A stretch of DNA of 64,000 nucleotides, counting the filler, from Chrysochromulina tobinii (lineage: Eukaryota): NCBI GenBank assembly GCA_001275005.1. It is 6 parts of 6 records of this genome, joined end to end, with 100 filler letters (N's around TTAATTAATTAA, not from the genome) between each part and the next. Parts side by side here need not be neighbours in the genome. Positions count along the whole stretch, not along the records: positions 57,846 to 64,000 come from JWZX01001302.1; 5 more parts are not named here. One strand, written 5' to 3'. The notes beneath the pieces were generated by a model. It saw only the letters and a list, made by a program, of their open reading frames with translations, did not search any database and had not been told where the DNA came from. Below are positions 60,611 to 64,000 of this stretch, one piece after another. Numbering within the stretch: position 1 is the stretch's first letter; the number at the start of each line of letters is the position of its first letter. Position numbers and translations under genes: made by a program.

Positions 60611-61825
60611 CTGTGTGGCGGCGATCGGGGCGGGTGAGATAGGCAAAGAGGCGAAAGGCGAAAAGAGGCGAGCAGAAGGCGAGCAGAAGCAGAAGGCGAG
60701 CAGAAGGCGAGCCGAGGGCGAGCAGAAGGCGAGCAGAAGGCGAGCAGAAGGCGAGCCGAGGATGGCGGCAAAGGTGGAATGTGGGGGTATGGGCGGCGGA
60801 GAGGGAGGGGGCGGCGAAGGGGGTGGCAGGGGTGGCGAGGGAGGTGGCGAGGGTGGAGGCGAGGGCAGTGATGGAGACGGCGGTGGCGGCGAAGGAGGTG
60901 GCGGCGACGGCGGTGGCGGCAAAGGAGGTGGTGATGGTGGCGGCGACGGCGGTGGCGGCGAGGGCGGCGGCGAGGGCGACGGCGGAGGAGGACACGCTTC
61001 TGCAAAGGTGGTCGCCACTATGAGGTTGCGGATCGAGAGGGTCCAGGGTGGTGTCGAGTTCGTCTGACGGAAAGCGACTGCGCTGATCGTGGTATCAGGC
61101 GCGACGGGGTTAGCCGTCATGATGCGCGTGGAGGCCTCCGAGGAGGGGTTGACCCAGAGCGTGCACCTGCCTGTGGTGGTGTTGAAGCTGTTGACCAGGC
61201 GATATGTGGTGCCATACGCCATCTCGGTTGTGTAGGACTGCCCCAACCTCAACTTGTAGCCTGTGCTATTGTGGCCAGTCGGGCGAACGAGACATATGGA
61301 GATGGAGGAGTTGAAGACGTTGAAGTGCGTGAAGGCACTTATGTGCAAGATATCCAGCGAAGACGGAGTGGCATGGTTGATGTCCATGCCGGCGTACACC
61401 GAGCCCGTAGACACCACCGCTGTGAAGTTGCTGTAGAAGTCCTCTGCAAGAGCACTGCTGACGGTGAGTGCACCTTGGCTGACAGTGACAGGACCCGAGC
61501 CTTGACCCGTATAATCTAGACCGTTCGTCTGGAATGCCCACACGCCGCCCACGTCTGGCGTCGACCCCACAAGGTTGCCGTCGGTCGAGAAGTCGTCCCT
61601 CATGAGGATGGTAGTATGTGCGCCGGTGAAGCCCACCATCATGGCGAGGAAGATGATGCGGGCGAGTCGAGGCGCGGACCCCAAGCGGACCGCCGCGGGT
61701 CGTCGCGCAAGAGAGGTGACGACCCAGACACGATGAGGCCCAGGTGGCGGTGGTGAGGCCGACGTGAAGGACAGCGGACGCCCCGCCCCGGGTAGGCTTG
61801 TGAGCTCCTCGGACAGTGGCGACAT
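60584..61825 (-). CDS. Secreted beta-sandwich (bacterial PEP-CTERM-protein-like) domain plus PPSP stalk; 3' end unresolved
   Basis: Hydrophobic leader IIFLAMMVGFTGA; DDF..DGNLVG.TP..GG.W, S.ED, YAG, GTTY.LV, TLWVNP..E, A.RQ, NL.VATTF.EA. Confidence 0.65.
   Translation of the reverse strand: MSPLSEELTSLPGAGRPLSFTSASPPPPGPHRVWVVTSLARRPAAVRLGSAPRLARIIFLAMMVGFTGAHTTILMRDDFSTDGNLVGSTPDVGGVWAFQTNGLDYTGQGSGPVTVSQGALTVSSALAEDFYSNFTAVVSTGSVYAGMDINHATPSSLDILHISAFTHFNVFNSSISICLVRPTGHNSTGYKLRLGQSYTTEMAYGTTYRLVNSFNTTTGRCTLWVNPSSEASTRIMTANPVAPDTTISAVAFRQTNSTPPWTLSIRNLIVATTFAEACPPPPSPSPPPSPPPPSPPPSPPPLPPPPSPPPPSPPPPSPSLPSPPPSPPPSPPLPPPSPPPPSPPPIPPHSTFAAILGSPSARLLLAFCSPSARLLLAFCFCSPSARLFSPFASLPISPAPIAATQGSYVILRS
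60667..60760. repeat. (GGCGAGCAGAA)n tandem repeat
   Basis: About 8 imperfect 11-nt units. Confidence 0.9.
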
Positions 61826-62829
61826 GGCGGGCGTCGTGATGGTGCCGTTCCCCTCCTTGACAAAGAGGGGCTCCTCGGACTCTGCGATCTGCTCCTTGGA
61901 AAGCTGCTCGTCACCCGACCTGCAAGCATCGGGGAGAGAGGCCCGTCAGCAAAAGCAAAAGGGCCGGGCGGAGGAAGCTGCCCGGAGGACGAGCAATGGC
62001 GTGCGCGCGGCCGGAGCGCTGCGCGCATTACGCGCGCGCTGGAACGCGCCAAGGCCAGTCGGGACCTGAGGCTGCCGCAGCGGGACGGAAAGGCGAATGC
62101 GCGAGGCTTCTTTCTATGAATGCACTGTGAATAGTGCCTCAAGACGACGCGTTTCGTCAGTTTTTGTTAGTTTTTTGTTGACAAACAAACAAAGCGCACG
62201 CTGCCACTTCCGCTGCGCGGTGTCTTGCGCGAACTATCCTTAGTCGGGGGCACACGCCACACGGGCTCCCGCGCTGCCGCTCGGCGGTTCCGAAAGTTTC
62301 GCATTGTTTTCGTTACACTTCGCCGCCCAACCCGTACGGTCCGTGTAGCCGATCCGCCGTAGTCGCATCTCACTGATACCCATGCCGCTTGGGCCCGCAC
62401 GTTTGTTCACAGCGAGGGCCAATTAGGGCACCGCTTAATGGGCGACCGGCGACGAGACCGGCATGGCGGCAACCGGCATGGCAGACATGCCTCTCGGCCC
62501 ATGACGCACTAGCACTCTTCATGCACTACCGCTTAGCACTGCCCCACTGCCTATAACCGAATAGTCGGCCCCGCACAGCGCAGGGAACGAGCAACGACAT
62601 CGCCGCGCGCTGCCCTTCGTGGCGCGTAATCCCAGTGCACACCTTTGCCACCCTTACATCGGCCGTGGACTGCTCAAACAAGTCATGAAGCCCTCCACCC
62701 AGCTCCGCTTGCCCACTCAACCACGACATAGGAACTCAACTAGGACATAGAACCGAGCACATAGAATCCCCTTCAGCCGCACACTGCCCTAGTGTCTTGC
62801 CCCTTGGTGCTTGGTGACACCTCTGTTTC

Positions 62830-63560
62830 TCGCACGTTAGCACGAAGGCAGCGGGAGGAACAACATCACGAGGACAATTGAAGTTAGATCGCCGGTTTCG
62901 AAGCTCGTCTTCCGTGCGCACAGCGGTTGGTGGAACAGTGGGCTCCAGCACCTGCCACCCTGTCAGCCTCAGCAGCGCTGCGCCGCCTCCTCCGCAGCCA
63001 CCCTGGCAGCCTGGCAGCCGGGCCGCCGCGTGATTGCCAAACTGCACACACACGAGTCGCGACCCCGCCGGCATGCACACTTACCCGTTACCTCACACTT
63101 TCATGGACCGCTGCACGGGCGGACTGGAGACGTGTGGAAGAGCAAGAGGCAACCCACCAGACCCACTCCTCCCAGGTCAACCGCTCGCGTCGCTTGGGAC
63201 CCATGCCCTCGAATCTCCCCAACCCGCCGCCCGGCATGGATGTCCATATTCCGCCGCCCCGCCCCGGCATGCCCCGTGCGGCAAACAATGCTCGAACCGG
63301 CGAACATCACCCCCCTGTGAACATCAACCCCCTACAGCCGCACACTGTCTTGCCCCCTGGTGACATCTCTCACATTAGCGAAGGCAGCGGGAGGAACAAC
63401 ATGACGAGGAAAGTTGAAGGTCGATCGCCGGTTTCGAAGCTCGTCAACCGTGCGCACAGCGGTCGGTGGCACAATAGGCTCCATCACCTGCACCCTGGCA
63501 GCCTCTGGAGCCTGCGCCTCCTCCTCCTCCGTAGCTGCCCTGGCAACCTCAGCAGCCTGT
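62830..63560. repeat. Diverged direct duplication (about 62830-63015 vs 63370-63560)
   Basis: Shared CGAAGGCAGCGGGAGGAACAACAT and GATCGCCGGTTTCGAAGCTCGTC..CCGTGCGCACAGCGGT. Confidence 0.85.
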
Positions 63561-64000
63561 GCCGCCTCCTCCGCAGCCACCTTGACAGCCTCAGCCTGCG
63601 CCGCCTCAGCCTGCGCCGCCTCCTCCGCAGGTTCGGGCTCTTGGGCGGCCTGGAAAGGGAAAAAGACGGCGGCGCGAGCAGAGTACAGAAGACCCTCGAC
63701 CATATCAACCGCACGCAGATCTTTGTCGCTGCACGTCTTTGCCTTCCTGGAGCCAAGCCGTTCGAGCTCCACCGTGTAGAGTGCCTTCTCCGCATCGTAC
63801 TCCTTCACAAACGCGACCGTCTCCTCTCCGTTGCTGCGCTTCACGTACACGCTGCTGCCGATGGCGTAGCGCAGCTCTAGGGAGGGGATGACATTCGGGG
63901 CGACCGCAGCTGACGTGAGGTCCGGCAACCTCGGCACGAGCACTGACTGCGACTGCGCCTCGAGCTTGGCTGGCACGTTAACGCTGACGTTGATTCCGAG
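63332..64000 (-). CDS. Hypothetical protein (5' partial) with an SH3/Tudor-like module and Ala/Glu repeats
   Basis: YAIGSSVYVKRSNGEETVAFVKEYD...YTVEL; frame is open to the window edge. Confidence 0.5.
   Translation of the reverse strand, partial: LGINVSVNVPAKLEAQSQSVLVPRLPDLTSAAVAPNVIPSLELRYAIGSSVYVKRSNGEETVAFVKEYDAEKALYTVELERLGSRKAKTCSDKDLRAVDMVEGLLYSARAAVFFPFQAAQEPEPAEEAAQAEAAQAEAVKVAAEEAAQAAEVARAATEEEEAQAPEAARVQVMEPIVPPTAVRTVDELRNRRSTFNFPRHVVPPAAFANVRDVTRGQDSVRL

Noticed and set aside
60620..60995. Ala/Thr-rich N-terminus of the 975-aa ORF
   Set aside because: Alternative frame of the PPSP tract and the 11-nt tandem repeat; unlikely to be translated as shown

Overview
High-GC, gene-dense, intron-poor eukaryotic DNA, most consistent with a haptophyte alga (Chrysochromulina/Prymnesiales-like; inferred from PPSPP-rich surface proteins, bipartite plastid-targeting leaders and CTGATTGCC...CATCAG intron tails). 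The window is six unrelated contigs joined by artificial 100-nt linkers (44N-TTAATTAATTAA-44N), so synteny across gaps means nothing. Housekeeping genes include an RsuA-type pseudouridine synthase, a thioredoxin/PDI-like protein, cytochrome b5 reductase, an AlkB-type dioxygenase, a DEAD-box helicase, prolyl 4-hydroxylase, acetyl-CoA transporter AT-1, purple acid phosphatase, a P3A H+-ATPase and a solitary 5S rRNA gene. Mobile DNA includes a DUF7869/Sola-like DDE transposase, a ~300-bp MITE, a captured UPF2 fragment and a non-LTR retroelement 3' end with an inverted duplication. Two signals stand out. (1) One in-frame intron (11443-11675) joins two ORFs into a receptor-like CUB - hypervariable ARM array - TM - coiled coil - SAM-like - tankyrase-type ADP-ribosyltransferase (H-Y-E intact), a candidate immune or sensing receptor. 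(2) A set of short introns pairs a shared, repeated 3' splice-site cassette with a 5' end copied from the following exon, and one locus has three such units stacked at AG|GT junctions. This points to an active intron-generating mechanism.
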